A stretch of 64,000 nucleotides of DNA from Paraspadella gotoi (lineage: Eukaryota > Animalia > Chaetognatha): assembly GCA_051294375.1 (NCBI GenBank), contig CM119264.1, positions 10,124,175-10,188,174 of the forward strand. Direction: 5' to 3'. Shown in pieces: positions 24,521 through 39,100 of the stretch (positions are counted from its first letter, which is position 1; the number at the start of each line of letters is the position of its first letter). The position numbers were made by a program, and so were the translations under genes. Under the pieces are notes generated by a model, which worked only from the letters and a program-made list of their open reading frames with translations, ran no database searches and was not told the DNA's origin.

Positions 24521-27225
24521 TTTATCATAATCGGGCTCGTCGTAAATGTTTTGTTGATACTTTGCAGTAAAACGGGTCAGCGATGGAACGAGGCTTTCGT
24601 TCCTTCTGCCATAAGCCAGTTTCGATTAATGAAACTTTTTTTGAGCAAAACGATGGGCGCGCCTTATCGCTCCCATCTTTTCGAACGGACGAAGAAAGTT
24701 GTTTTCATTTTTAGCTAGTACATGGCTTTTATTAAAAATCGTACGGGCGCTCTCAATACCCGATTACCATACGAAATCATTCCTACTTTGCGTATTTTGT
24801 AATAAACCGACGTTGATTCGCAGCTTATAATTCCGTAATATTTTTTTACGTCTTCCTAAAAATTCATGTAAATATCCTACTCCTCCCTCTTTCCCGATGT
24901 TCCTGATCCAAACCATCATTGATATTGCTTATTTCTCATCTATCAGTTATCGATAATGAGGCACTCTATCCTGTAACACGAAATATGCAATGTATAGTTT
25001 TATAGACCTGTCCCAGCTTGATACTATCAAGTTGATAGGCTTCTTATATATTTCCTTTGATCATTCTCTCTGTCATTCCATCTAAATGATACTCAGTTTT
25101 CATCATATTCTTCTTCTCAGTAACCATCAACTTTTCTCCGGCAATGAATCGTCATCTCCTTCCATATCCATCACCAACCATCTCCGGCGCAATTCTTTCC
25201 CATTCCCTTCCTTTCTTTTCCTTCTCGCTGTCCTTCCTCGTCTCAAACATGACAACATCAAAGTCGACCTTCCCCCTCAACGATCTTCCCTCCACCGGTC
25301 TCCTCATCCTCCCTTTCCGCCTCGAATCGATTTATAGCCTCTCTACCACCACCCCCCCCCGACACACCCCCCTCAACTCTTCTCCTTCTCGCGCCATAAT
25401 TTTTCGCTTCTCTCTTCATATTTCCAGCGAGTTGCGTCCGCTTTTCTCGTCTTTGAAAAGGACCCTTTGAAAAACGCCGTAATGGGCGTTGCTCTTTTTT
25501 TTTTTCTCGCGAGGGGGGGTGGCGCGTCGGCGGTGGCGATGGGGGGCAGTGGCGAGGGAGGTGGTAAATGGGCTAATCTCGCGATTGCGCTCTCGGGGAA
25601 CGAACCCACGGAAATGGTGGGCGAGAGAATTATGAAGAAGAATAGTACTGGAAAACAAAGAAACGAACACAAAGGAAAGAGTTTGATTTGAACTTGGTGG
25701 ATTTGTTAGTTACTTTAAATTTGTGTGATTTTATGGTGGTTAAATGAGCATGGCCGGGCCTCCTAACGAATAACGCCGAAGACTCGACGAGCAAAGACGC
25801 CATGAAAAAAATGAGGAAAGGGGGGAGAATTTTTAAAGCTTTCTTAGGAAAAAAAAACGGTCGGCCTGTGCATGCATGAACGGGCATATAGCTTCGTTGA
25901 GTAATCGCGTCTATTAAGCAATACTACGTCGCATAATAGCCGAGCTTCTGAATGACGCAGGGAGTAAAGAATAATATAAAAATTATGTTAAGTTCTCTTA
26001 TTCTCTAATGAAGGAGTGTATTTGTGAAAGATAAAGTATGAGAGCTCAAGTTTTCTCTACGAAGTATTTGTATTTTTGTTTTGGCAAGTTTTATGACTTT
26101 TTTTTCTAGATTGTATGTAGATTTGATGATGTTTTCATTTTTAACTTCTTGACATCCCAAAAGCTGTAACGATGTCGACGTCGTTGCTTCGATTCCAGGA
26201 GTCTACCCGCTTCCTCCTCTTCCTCATCTCTTGACCCTCCGATCCGGTCCCCCACCATATAAAAGAAGACCCCAAAACCCCCAAAATACGAACTGGTGCT
26301 CTAAATGACAATTGGTGACGCTTTAATTTGATTTCATTTATAGTTCAATTTTAATCTTAAATTAGTATAATCAACAGTCCATGGTAACAGATAGATAACT
26401 TTTAGACGGGAAAAAGAAAAAGTCAATTAAAAAACAAGAAACTTTAAAAAAAATGGAGGCAAAAAAAAAAGAGATAAAAAGACAAAGGGCGAGTGAGTGA
26501 GGTAAGTGCACTTCAAACTCTAATGCGCTATCGATTTTTTTTTTTAAAGTCTTGAAAAAAAAATTAAAAGTTTAAAAAAAGGAAAAAATAAATAAGGAGA
26601 AAGAAAAAATTTGAAAAGGAGAAAAATGTTAAAAATTTTTTTAAAAAATTGAAAAATCGAGAGAGAAAAATGAGAAAAATAAATTAAAAAAAAAAGTTGA
26701 AGTCCTATGAATCAAAGAAAAGAATCGAAAAAATCCTAATCAGGGAGATGCGAAGAGAAAAATCTGCCACGTGGGCCGATTTTTTTGTTGTATCCTTTTT
26801 CAATTGAAAACTTTTTCCACCGTCACAATGCCCCGTAAACCGGGAGGAGTGGAAGGTAAAGGGATGGGAAGGTTGCCCTTTTTTGGATAAGTGGGGGAGA
26901 CGGGGGGCTGATAGCGAGTGAGGTGAAGGCGGGACAGAGAAACGGAGAAAGGGAAAAGAAAAGAAAGCGAAAAGAGAAGAAAGGTGAAAAAAAATACACA
27001 TTTATTTATAAAATCTAAGTATTATTACATAAGATTTAGCATTCATATTAAATCTCTTCAGCCAAAACAATGGAATGCTTTCTATTTCTCGAACACAAAG
27101 GTGAGAAGCTGGCGATACGAGATTCCCGCGCTTTTCTGCTCTTTGAACAGAAAAAAAATTTCATGCCTTGATCGATGGAATTTTGAAGATCATTTCCCCC
27201 CTTTTTAGTCTCTCCTCTCTCTCCT

Positions 27226-27272
<47 letters not shown>

Positions 27273-28878
27273 TTCTCTCTCTCTCTATGGAAATCGACGA
27301 CTGCGACATTTTTTTTCCTTTTTTGTCGCCGTCCTTTTCTAAAGAGCAAAGGGGAGTGTTATGAGGGAGGGAAACGAAGGGGAAAAAGACAGGTTAGATA
27401 TTAAAGAGAAGTAAAGGGTAGGAAGATATTAAGAGATTTTTTAAAAGAGTCGAGAGTTAAAGAGGAAAAAAAAGGGGAGTTCGTTCCAAGTCTAAAACGA
27501 TTGTTTAGCGGGGGAACGGGGAGAAGGGAGAGAGTGGGGATCGGGATTTCGGAGACTAGAAAAACCTTGGCCTTAATATTCACGGCTGGAAACACCCTTT
27601 CCAACGCGCGCGTATTATATTCTTCGGAAGATTATTACCGCCATCTTTTTCCAATCTAAAAATAGCCCGCGGGAAAAAATTTAGACGCTCCGCTGAAATT
27701 AACTTTTCGCCTCTTCTCAACTCCTATCGCTCTCGCTCTCGCTCTCACTCTCGCTTTTACCCTCACTCCCTCTTCTTCTCTTCTAACTCATCCCCGATTT
27801 TTTTTTTCTTCCTTCTCATTTTAGGTGAAGTGATTAATGACCTTAAATTCGGTTTTTTCCTTTCAGCGATTTAGTTTCTCCGCCATTTTAAATACACTTG
27901 GCTTAGGATGTTCGGAAGAATAGACTCTCCTATTTAACGAATGCAATTGCCCGGATTTGAGCAGACTGGTTTTTTTTTTTCGTCGGCTTAAACGTGACTA
28001 ATTTCAGGCTCGAGTGCTCTGAAATAACCGTTATTTTAAAATATTTGATCTAAAGTTAATTGACCATGAAAGTTTAAACTTATTTAACTTGATTTATCGT
28101 CAAATGTACCATCAAGCTGTGATGTCAACTTTTATGTACCACAAATAAACTTTAAATATATTGCCTTTATCTCGGTGCCAGTTTAGACGATAATGCAATA
28201 ACGAAATCTTTTTCAACCTTTTTCTAATAAATATTAAGAAAAAAAAAAGGAAACAAAAGTGATGGGTGATGTTAAAGAAAAAGTAAAAATAAAAAACCTA
28301 TTATTGACTGTCGCGTTATTAATAATATTACGAAACCTTAAATAGTTTTTTATTTAAAGAAAGCGTTAGTATGTTATTTATTTACATGTCAAGCTCGCTG
28401 AATGACTTTCTAAATTTGTGGCCATTTTCAGATGCAACTTTGATCGAAAAAAAAAAAATACGTCGACGCAATGATGGCCTGACTTGATTGAAATAAGGCT
28501 CCGAAGAAATTACAGATTGGAATGAATTTGGCCAAATGGAATTTCCCACANNNNNNNNNNNNNNNNNNNNNNNNNNNNNNNNNNNNNNNNNNNNNNNNNN
28601 NNNNNNNNNNNNNNNNNNNNNNNNNNNNNNNNNNNNNNNNNNNNNNNNNNNNNNNNNNNNNNNNNNNNNNNNNNNNNNNNNNNNNNNNNNNNNNNNNNNN
28701 NNNNNNNNNNNNNNNNNNNNNNCTTTTATCTTCCAAAAGCTTTTTTCCTATTTTGTATCCTTGTCTAATCTTTTGACTCATTCCTTCTTCCCGTCTTAAC
28801 TGTCGGCATAATGGTCCTCTCAACGAGTTTTCCCTCACCTGATCTGATCTTCTTCTTTTTTTCTCTCTTCACGGTTCT

Positions 28879-28911
<33 letters not shown>

Positions 28912-31900
28912 AGTCAGTTTCTTTTTTTTTTTCTCTTTTCGATTCTCTTTCTCTATGTTTTTATCTCCTTTCCTCTTTTTCTCTTTTCTTTTCATTTCTT
29001 TCTTTATCTTTCTATCTCTTCCCTTCTGTTTTCTTATCTATTCTCCCCTCCCCTTAGTCTTACTATCTCTTCCCTCTTCCCTCTCCCCCTCTCCCCACCG
29101 TTTCCGCTCTGCAATCAAGATGCGCCAGCCTTTCCACCTCCGTTTCGTTTTCTAGAGTCGCACCCTTTTCTCCGTTACAGCCTCGTAAAAAGAGATGGCG
29201 CGTCGGCCTCGCACGCGGGCGACGTCCGGTAGCGCGGCCGGCGCGGCCCCGCCCTCTTTTCGTTTTTCGCGCCCGTCGGTCGTCTGCGACAGTTAGTCGT
29301 TAAATTGTACGCGCAAACTACATTGCGAGGAAAATTAACTGCAGTTTAAACCCTTTTAAATGGCGTTTTTTAAGCAAGGAAGACTNNNNNNNNNNNNNNN
29401 NNNNNNNNNNNNNNNNNNNNNNNNNNNNNNNNNNNNNNNNNNNNNNNNNNNNNNNNNNNNNNNNNNNNNNNNNNNNNNNNNNNNNNNNNNNNNNNNNNNN
29501 NNNNNNNNNNNNNNNNNNNNNNNNNNNNNNNNNNNNNTTAATCAAACGGTTTTCTTACTTATTTTAATCATTTTACCCAAAATACGCAAGAGTTACAGAC
29601 GGAACGACAGTCTTGATCATGCTTAAACAATAATATCAAGTAAAACGTTTGAATNNNNNNNNNNNNNNNNNNNNNNNNNNNNNNNNNNNNNNNNNNNNNN
29701 NNNNNNNNNNNNNNNNNNNNNNNNNNNNNNNNNNNNNNNNNNNNNNNNNNNNNNNNNNNNNNNNNNNNNNNNNNNNNNNNNNNNNNNNNNNNNNNNNNNN
29801 NNNNNNNNNNNNNNNNNNNNNNNNNNNNNNNNNNNNNNNNNNNNNNNNNNNNNNNNNNNNNNNNNNNNNNNNNNNNNNNNNNNNNNNNNNNNNNNNNNNN
29901 NNNNNNNNNNNNNNNNNNNNNNNNNNNNNNNNNNNNNNNNNNNNNNNNNNNNNNNNNNNNNNNNNNNCCACCCCGAGAAGCGATCAGGCGCCCGGGCGCC
30001 TTCGCTACCCGGGCGATTGGCCGCCCCCTCATGCGAAGCGATATGGTTTGACCTTTCGAAGCTAAAACTCGGATTGTTTGTTCTGCCTTAGATGGCANNN
30101 NNNNNNNNNNNNNNNNNNNNNNNNNNNNNNNNNNNNNNNNNNNNNNNNNNNNNNNNNNNNNNNNNNNNNNNNNNNNNNNNNNNNNNNNNNNNNNNNNNNN
30201 NNNNNNNNNNNNNNNNNNNNNNNNNNNNNNNNNNNNNNNNNNNNNNNNNNNNNNNNNNNNNNNNNNNNNNNNNNNNNNNNNNNNNNNNNNNNNNNNNNNN
30301 NNNNNNNNNNNNNNNNNNNNNNNNNNNNNCAAATTATAAAGTTATCAACACTATAGATCGCCATTTTCTTCCAAATTAAAATGGGAATTCTAATCAAATA
30401 TTTCTCCGTCTTATTCCTCCTAAGTCCTTTCTTTATCTCCCATCTTCTTCCCTTTTCATAGTCAGTCTGTCTCTCTCTTTTTTTCTCCCTCTCCAAAATT
30501 ATCTCCCTTCCTCCCAGCCTTTCCCGCCAGCCTTGAAATTCTTTTTGCTTTTAGTCCGGATCGATTCTTGTTGTTTTTTCCCGGAGTCGGGTTTTGAGTT
30601 TTTCCCCCTCATCCTCGTATCGCGTTTCCTCCATTTGTTGTTTTTGATAATGAGATTTTTTGTGGACGGAATCACGCAAACTTTCCATTCGTGATTCGTC
30701 CCTTCGCTGATTTAAATTCCTCGGTTATGATAGTTTCTGTTTTTTTTTCTTTCTCGGTCGCCGCCATTTTTTTTTAAAGCGATGAAAAGGCGAGAGAATT
30801 TGGAATTTTAATGGCTGTTTTTAATACCGACGAGGAAAGCCTTTAAACCAAAACTTCGCGGTTGCCTATTTATTATCGCTAATTAATTCACGCTCGCCTG
30901 AGTTTTCATTCCTTCGAACCTTTGACCGACACATCATTTGTTTCTCTCGTGTTACGGTTCGGACTTTTGCTTTTTTNNNNNNNNNNNNNNNNNNNNNNNN
31001 NNNNNNNNNNNNNNNNNNNNNNNNNNNNNNNNNNNNNNNNNNNNNNNNNNNNNNNNNNNNNNNNNNNNNNNNNNNNNNNNNNNNNNNNNNNNNNNNNNNN
31101 NNNNNNNNNNNNNNNNNNNNNNNNNNNNNNNNNNNNNNNNNNNNNNNNNNNNNNNNNNNNNNNNNNNNNNNNNNNNNNNNNNNNNNNNNNNNNNNNNNNN
31201 NNNNNNNCTCTTTATTACCTCACCTTTCTTTTTTTCGTTTTAACGTAATTTTCTTTCATTCGTTTCTCTTTCACAAGATGAGGAAATAATCTTGAGCAAC
31301 GAATTTATGTTGCACTTTTCGGCAAAAGAAGAATCTTATAAAAGAAAAAAAAGAAAAAGAAAGCGAGAAAAAAAAAATCTCGACTGTGTTAAATTTCCTA
31401 GGGAATGACAGAAAACACGCAACCATGTTTTCAAAAAGCTGATGGCGATAATTTTCATGTCAAAAGAACATAAACGAAAATGAATTAGTTTGTCTAGTTA
31501 TTACTTTTTAGCTAACAAGAAGTCCCGCAATAAGTTTATATGCGATACGTTAAATGAGTTACAGAGTTTTTTTTACAAAATTAAAATAACAAATTTCTTA
31601 CTGTTCGATTTTGACAATTTTTTTTACAAGGTTCCTGAAATTTTAAAGTTTTTTTACAAAATTATCAGTTTTTGAATCTTCTGAAAGCTATAAAAATCCC
31701 GCAGAAGGAATGAATGACAAATTTATCTATACTAAAAACATGAAAGTTATCCTTCAGACAGCCCTGTAATTGAATAAAAATTAGATAAAAATAGGCAGCG
31801 TTGTATTGGAAACGATACCAATCTGATTACGGTAGTGGTGACTAAGAAATAATTAAGGTAATTTAAAGAAAATTAATTAATCTTCCCTAAAGGTTTTTTA

Positions 31901-32173
31901 AAATTGCATGGCTATTTTTCTGAGCGGCGTAATTCAAAGATAACATGACATTTGTTTGATACTACTAGTAAGATCGTGAAATAAAATAAGTCTTTGCCGA
32001 AGAGCAGAGGAACTGCAGAGTGTCCGGCGTCAAAAAGAAGACTTTATTTCCTCTCGCATTGCGGTCATTGCTAGAAGACTTTGTTGTCTTACCATTCCCT
32101 CGAAGTGGGAATGGGCGACGCGCCTCCGCACGCACCCGTCCTATGTTATCAAGTCCAGAGTCAGCCAAGAAGG

Positions 32174-32264
<91 letters not shown>

Positions 32265-35200
32265 TTATCCTAGCTGTTTTCTCGATGCAATCTAAGTGTC
32301 GCAGCCGCCGCTACATTGAACATGCTCGATGCAACCCATACATTTTGCGACATCATCTTCCTCATACGTCTTCGTCGTCGTTTTCGTCGTCGTGTTGTTA
32401 ATCGTTCACGATCGTCTTGCGTCGTCCAGAAGATCCAAAGATTCAAATGGGGGAAAGAGTTTGGTGGAATAAAAGCATTAAGCAATCTTAGATTTGAACT
32501 TTTTTGCGAAAATAGAAATGACGTGCAAACTCGGAAACGAAAGAGACGAGATTTATGTTTTTCTGTTTGTCTCTATGTCCTATCAATCGGTCTGTAAACC
32601 ATCTTGGGCAAGTATCGATCCTGGTACCGTACAGCAGTCGAGAAACAAGGTTTTTTTGAGAATCTATCAGTGAACGCCTAGGATGGGTAGACCACGTCTT
32701 TAACGCACATTTTTCTTTCCCTCTTGTTCTCTGCGTCATTTTCCTTTTTTTTCTTCTTAATAATATCTTTCTTTCCTTTTTTTCTTTTTTCATCTAATTT
32801 CCTTTCCTTTCTTTAATTTTTTATTCTTTGACTATTTTCCTGCTATACTTCAATCTTTTCTTTTTTTCTTTCCTTTGTCCTTTCTTTAGTCTTTCTTATC
32901 TTAGTCTTTATCTTTGAATCTTATCTTATCTTATTGGTCTTTCTTTCTTTTTTCTTATCTTTGTGTCTTGTCTTTCTTTCCCTGTCTCTTTGCTTTCTTT
33001 CTTTCTTTTTCTTTTCTTCTTTTCTTTCTTTCCTTTTCTTTCTTATCTTTCTTCTTTTCTTTCGCTTTTCTTTGCTTTTTGTTTGCTATCTTTTCCTAAT
33101 TCCTCTTTTATTTTTCTTTGTTGTCTTTTTCTTTCTTTAAATTCGGCGTTACCTCGTCCTTTTAGCCGGAATAGGCGCGCGCCCACAGTTCAAACATGGC
33201 TTTGCCATTATTGGCTTTTCCGGCTTATTCCACTTCTGTTTTTCTTCCCCCTCTCCTCCTCCCTCTTTCAGCTTTGCTTTTTTTCCCATGTAATTTTTTT
33301 AGATAGTGATCCCTTTTTTGCTATTGTTTTCGGTTTTCCGCTCCCCATTCTGTTTTTTGGTATTGAGACTCTCCTCCTCCTCTCTCCCTTCTCCTCTTTC
33401 CTCTGCGTTCTCACGTTTTTTTTTCATCAAATCACGTTCTTTTTCCTATGGTGTCATACGTCGGGCGGAGAAAAAATATGTGACAGGAAAAAAGGTCACT
33501 TTGGTGCGATTTTTACCAAGGATTCTTTTTAATATTTAGTTTTTGTTTTTCGAAGAATTCACTGATAGAAAAGAAAAGAAATCAACAGAAGGATTGTTGA
33601 GGTTGCGCCATATATTCGAGATGGAGATGTTTAAATATTATGTATCGAGGATGTCACCCACGCTTAGCATACATTCACACAGTTCACGACAAACAACAAA
33701 AAAGAAAAGGCTAAATACAGATATTATTATGTATCAAATTTTTCCCCTGGACATAAAATGCTAAGGAAGTATTATTCCGTTGTGAAGAAAAGGTACTCCT
33801 TTGATTCCAGAAAGTGTCAAGCTGCTCTCTTCAACAAACATGACTTGTCATGTTCTTTCTCCTATTCATTTGTTTATCCATGTTTATACTTTTCTCTTTG
33901 CTTCCTTCGTCACTCGAGAATCGAAACGTTTCAAGATCCCACTCATCCTTTTCTCTTTTTCATCAGTTTTTATTCCTTCTTCCCTTCAGCGATATTTTCT
34001 ATTTCCTTTTCCTCTCTTTTTTTTCTTCCATCAAAAACTTCCTTCAATTCTTCTTGCAACTGTCGCAAACGTCCATTGCCACCCGAGATGCATCTCCGAG
34101 TGTGGCGATTGTCAGCGTTCCATCCCCACTCACAAAAGATTTTTCTTTTCTGGAGTTTTTATTTTGATATTCCTGCGATGATATTTTATTTTCTAAAATT
34201 TCCGTAATCCTCTTTTTATTCTAGTTACTACCTTTCAAGTTTTTTTGTTTTTTTAAGAAACTCACTTCACTGTGACACCATACCACCCCCCTATTCGGCC
34301 ATATTTTCCAAAAGCACTTTTCAACTTAAAGTTNNNNNNNNNNNNNNNNNNNNNNNNNNNNNNNNNNNNNNNNNNNNNNNNNNNNNNNNNNNNNNNNNNN
34401 NNNNNNNNNNNNNNNNNNNNNNNNNNNNNNNNNNNNNNNNNNNNNNNNNNNNNNNNNNNNNNNNTTAAAGTTAAAGAGATAGGATTTAAGTTCGTGATTA
34501 GGGTAAGGCAATGGGTTATTTATTGTTATGCACTAAGGTTTAATTATCAAAAAGAAAAATGGGGTGCTGTCGAAAGATAATGCCCAGTTTCCATTGTGTC
34601 AATCCGGTCTTTTTTTTCAACGATCCAACTGCTATGTAGAACCGACTAAGAAGGCAAGATGAGAATGTAAATAGAGCTACTGATTCTACGCGAACCCAAA
34701 ATACTTTTTAAGCTCATAAAAGAAGGCGATCAACAGCTGGTACCTGGTCGTTGACTGTTACTAACCATTCCTCAGCCGTAAGAATTCTTTAAAAAGACCA
34801 AGACTAAGGCGCAAAAAATAATGAAGCTAAATTAAAAATTAAAACTAAATCAAACTATAATATTTTTGAATTAAGGAATAACAGACCACCCTTTTAAAAG
34901 ACACCAGGGACTCTTTCACGGCCGAATTTTTTAATTTTCTTTCTCCCTATTCCTATCCTAACATTCTTATCTCATTTTTCACTTTCTCCTCTCACCAACC
35001 TATCTATTTTTTTCCCCGTTTCCCCGTTTCCTCTCCCTCTCTCTCTCTCTTCTCTTTTCCCCTCGTTATCTCGCAAACCAGGTCTCGACTTCTTCCTCGT
35101 CCGCTCGTCGAATTCCTCCTCCTCTTCTTCCTCCTCCTCCTCCTCATCCTCTTCTTTCTTTCCTTCCCCTATCTTCCTCCTCGTACGTTCGTCATCCCTC

Positions 35201-35653
35201 TCGTCCGTTTCTCTCCTCCCCCCCCAAAAAAAACGACGAAGAAAACGACGACGACGACGACGGAGAAACAGAAGAAACAAACGCGAGAAAAACAGAACAA
35301 GAAACAAATAATCGTTGACGACGACAATGAATGATTTTTCGCCTTTTTAGTTTTACAATTCATCACGAATCGGATTTTTTTTCCCNNNNNNNNNNNNNNN
35401 NNNNNNNNNNNNNNNNNNNNNNNNNNNNNNNNNNNNNNNNNNNNNNNNNNNNNNNNNNNNNNNNNNNNNNNNNNNNNNNNNNNNNNNNNNNNNNNNNNNN
35501 NNNNNNNNNNNNNNNNNNNNNNNNNNNNNNNNNNNNNNNNNNNNNNNNNNNNNNNNNNNNNNNNNNNNNNNNNNNNNNNNNNNNNNNNNNNNNNNNNNNN
35601 NNNNNNNNNNNNNNNNNNNNNNNNNNNNNGGTTCTCATTCGGCCTCGCTTTAG

Positions 35654-36103
35654 GGCTCGATGACGTGATTGAGGTTTCGGACGCCAGATCGTGTGAGCGT
35701 GATCCTGTGAAAGGTAGCGGCCTCGAGGGTGATGACTTTTGAAAATACCGACTCGTGTGACGGATTATTTAGTTCACTGGTGAATCTGTGCCCTAAGGAA
35801 ATCATGGAAATGTAAGTTTTGATGAAAATGAAAGAAATAAAACCCATGTTGAAATGTCACAGCATTGGTGAATCGATTGCATTTTGCCAGAGCGTAAGGT
35901 AAGTAAGTAAATAAGTAAGTATTCAAGGAATTATGGTTTTTCAAGTGTTCATGCAGATGCATGACAGTATTGGAGCATGTGATATCACAGACCAGTGACC
36001 TTTGATTTGGTAGCAAAAGCCCATGAAAGCCATGACAGACCTTGCTCGCCTTTTAGAACATGAGCCCGTGATAGCAGACGCCATTATGAGCTCGAGCCCG
36101 TAA
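35654..36103 (+). pseudogene. Candidate three-exon gene fragment with homopolymer frameshifts
   Basis: Exons 35654-35811, 35863-35898 and 35957-36103. Introns of 51 and 58 nt have GTAAGT donors, CAG acceptors and compatible phase 2. One continuous protein-like frame needs three single-base deletions in T/C runs. Confidence 0.35.
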
Positions 36104-39100
36104 TAACGCGCGTAGACGAAAGCGCGCGCTCCCGAGAGCCGCCGAGAAATTGCGCGACCGGAAGCGTCATTTCCGGCAAAAATGTTTTTCTCTCGTCGTC
36201 GCCGAAGGAAGTTGTCGAAAAATTCTCATCTCCGTATTTTTTTTTTTTTTTTATTTTGGCTAAACATTTTTGTTGTTATTATTTTTTATTTCGACGACGA
36301 CTGCACCTTGAAAAGACGTTTCCTTTCGCGCCTCGTTTTTTATTCGACAGTTTTTAATAAAAAGTTTCATCTTCCCCCCCCCCGAGTATGATTTATGCTC
36401 GGAATCAAATATTACGAGAAAAACGGCGGGTATTAATCAAAAAGTACGAAATTGTCCTGATATACGACAGGTAAGGGGAGGGGTTGGATGAAGTGGGAAT
36501 AAGCTGAAGGTGGAGGGCGGGGGAGAAACTTTTGTGATGGTCATTGAACTGAGACGCCCCACGGTTAATATGTATTTCACCATTTCCCTGTCTCTATTTT
36601 CAGTTAACATTCATTACTTATTACTATCATTNNNNNNNNNNTTAACATTCATAACTTATTAGTATTATTAATATGCTTTATTATTTTTTAAATTTTCTAA
36701 TGCACATCTGCTTCACAGAAATGNNNNNNNNNNNNNNNNNNNNNNNNNNNNNNNNNNNNNNNNNNNNNNNNNNNNNNNNNNNNNNNNNNNNNNNNNNNNN
36801 NNNNNNNNNNNNNNNNNNNNNNNNNNNNNNNNNNNNNNNNNNNNNNNNNNNNNNNNNNNNNNNNNNNNNNNNNNNNNNNNNNNNNNNNNNNNNNNNNNNN
36901 NNNNNNNNNNNNNNNNNNNNNNNNNNNNNNNNNNNNNNNNNNNNNNNNNNNNNNNNNNNNNNNNNNNNNNNNNNNNNNNNAAAAAAAAAAACAAAAAAAA
37001 AACGCACGCCTAAAAAAAAAGAAGGAGCGAGATTGGAGCGGCCATAAAGGACTAAGTGCAATTCAATGCTCCGCTGCATTTGAAAAGATTGGAGGAAAGT
37101 GACAAAGGAATTTGAGTCTCTCCCCATAAGTAGCTATGAATGGGAGGGTGAGGATCCGGGTGGGTTCCGGATGAGGAGAGGTGACGTGTGGGTGACATGG
37201 TGCGATGGCTGCAACTGGATTTGGCCAGAGGCGCGTGGGTTTTATCGATAACGCGTTGAGGTTCTCGTTTGTTATCCCGGAGGCCATGTTGTTGCCTTAA
37301 CGGAAATTCTGCCAATAGATTACGGTTTAACGTCAACGATGTTTAACGTCATTTACGCCGAGTTTTGGCATTAAACTTAATGAGAAAGTACGATTGAACT
37401 GCCGGTAACTTTCTTCACCTCACTCGAATCGCGGCCAGGTCTCGAACCCCTCTTGATCAGGCCACGTCGTTTTATTCTGACCAATGCGACCTGCCTACCA
37501 TGAGTGACTCGGATGGAGGCATTCATTCCTCGGGGAGCTAGATGTGAATTGTTGAGGAGTGGGTTGCGTTCCGCGCGGCCAGAGCAGAGAATGGTAGAAA
37601 AAATCTATCGAGAACCGAAAATACCAAACGAACCCAATGGAGCAAATCGAGAATAACTTGGGATCTTGGGAGGAAGGGAGGGAAGAGGAAAATAAAAGAA
37701 TAAACGAAAAGGGGAGGTTATCTAAAAATAGAAAGGCGAGAAATAAAGGGAAAGAAAATGTAGAAAAGGGAGGAGAGCGACTACGAACGAAATGGAAAAT
37801 GTATAAGTGAGAAATAAAATGAGAAAAGTTCTCATGGATGAAGCAGAACAATAATAAAAAAAAATGGCGGAGAAATGAGTGAAAATTGAAGATAAAAGAA
37901 CGTAAATAGGAGATAAGTAAGAAAAGAAAAAAGCAAAGAAAGAAGAAAAGTGTAGAAAGAGCAAGCCAAAGCGGACCGAAATGAGAAAAGAGCAAAAACA
38001 AAAGGGAAGCAAATTCTTGAAGGAGAGCCGATGCTTGAAGGAGTAAAGTGTTGAAAGAAAAGAGCAAGAAAAAAAAATAGAAAAGAAAAAAAAAAGTAAA
38101 GGGGACGGATAAAGGAAAGAAAGGAAAGGGAATGATTGGTGTTCGAGAACCGAGAGACGCTCGGCCAGCGACGTCGCGATCTCCGCCGACGTGAATGCGA
38201 AAAGAGAGCGGATGAAATCGTCCGGAGCCGAAGCGGAACGGGGGTCGGTAGGAGCCGGGCTGGCACTGGGTGGGGATCGAAGGGTTGGAGAGCCGAAAGA
38301 ATAAAAAGAAAGGGGCCCGCGCAGGGAAAAGTGACGGAAAGGAGGGCAGAGAATCGGGTGGGGGGCTGTATTGACTCCTGTCAATAAAGAAAGAGAGAAA
38401 GGGGGCAGAAAGTCGGGCGATGAAGAAAAGTGATTTGAAAGGGGAAAACGCAGTGCTGGCTGATTAATGGAAGAGAAAGAGGAAAGGGGCAGGGCCACGG
38501 CAGTAATCTCTAATATCCGTCGCATTAAACCGCGTCTTATGTTCTGAGGATTCGAGCTCAAAACGGCCAAGTGAAAAATTATGACGAGGGACGAGAGTTA
38601 GAGAGAATTGGGTGGGAGACTCAACGACCGGCGAGACGATGAGAGCACGAGAGCGTCTAGAGAGAGAGAAAGCTTGGTGGGCGTGGCCTTAGGCGAAACA
38701 AAGAAACGCGAGAAACAACGAGATAAAGATGGAATGAAGAAACACTAAAAACAGGNNNNNNNNNNNNNNNNNNNNNNNNNNNNNNNNNNNNNNNNNNNNN
38801 NNNNNNNNNNNNNNNNNNNNNNNNNNNNNNNNNNNNNNNNNNNNNNNNNNNNNNNNNNNNNNNNNNNNNNNNNNNNNNNNNNNNNNNNNNNNNNNNNNNN
38901 NNNNNNNNNNNNNNNNNNNNNNNNNNNNNNNNNNNNNNNNNNNNNNNNNGAGAGAGAGAGAGCAGCTAAAATCACGCAATAAAGTTGGTATCACTACCGA
39001 GTCCGACAAGAAATTTTTTTCTTCTCTCTTTCTCACAAGCTGAGACTGTGAGAAGGAGAAGGCGACGGGAGAAAATATGACGGAAATAAAACACAGCCGT

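Noticed and set aside
29968-30097. GC-rich palindromic fragment GGCGCCCGGGCGCC between gaps as an RNA gene
   Set aside because: Only 130 bp of context and no recognisable tRNA, rRNA or snRNA motif.
32914-38570. Phe/Leu/Ser-rich ORFs up to 282 aa that resemble membrane proteins
   Set aside because: Pyrimidine-rich low-complexity DNA, open in several frames at once, with no domain motifs.
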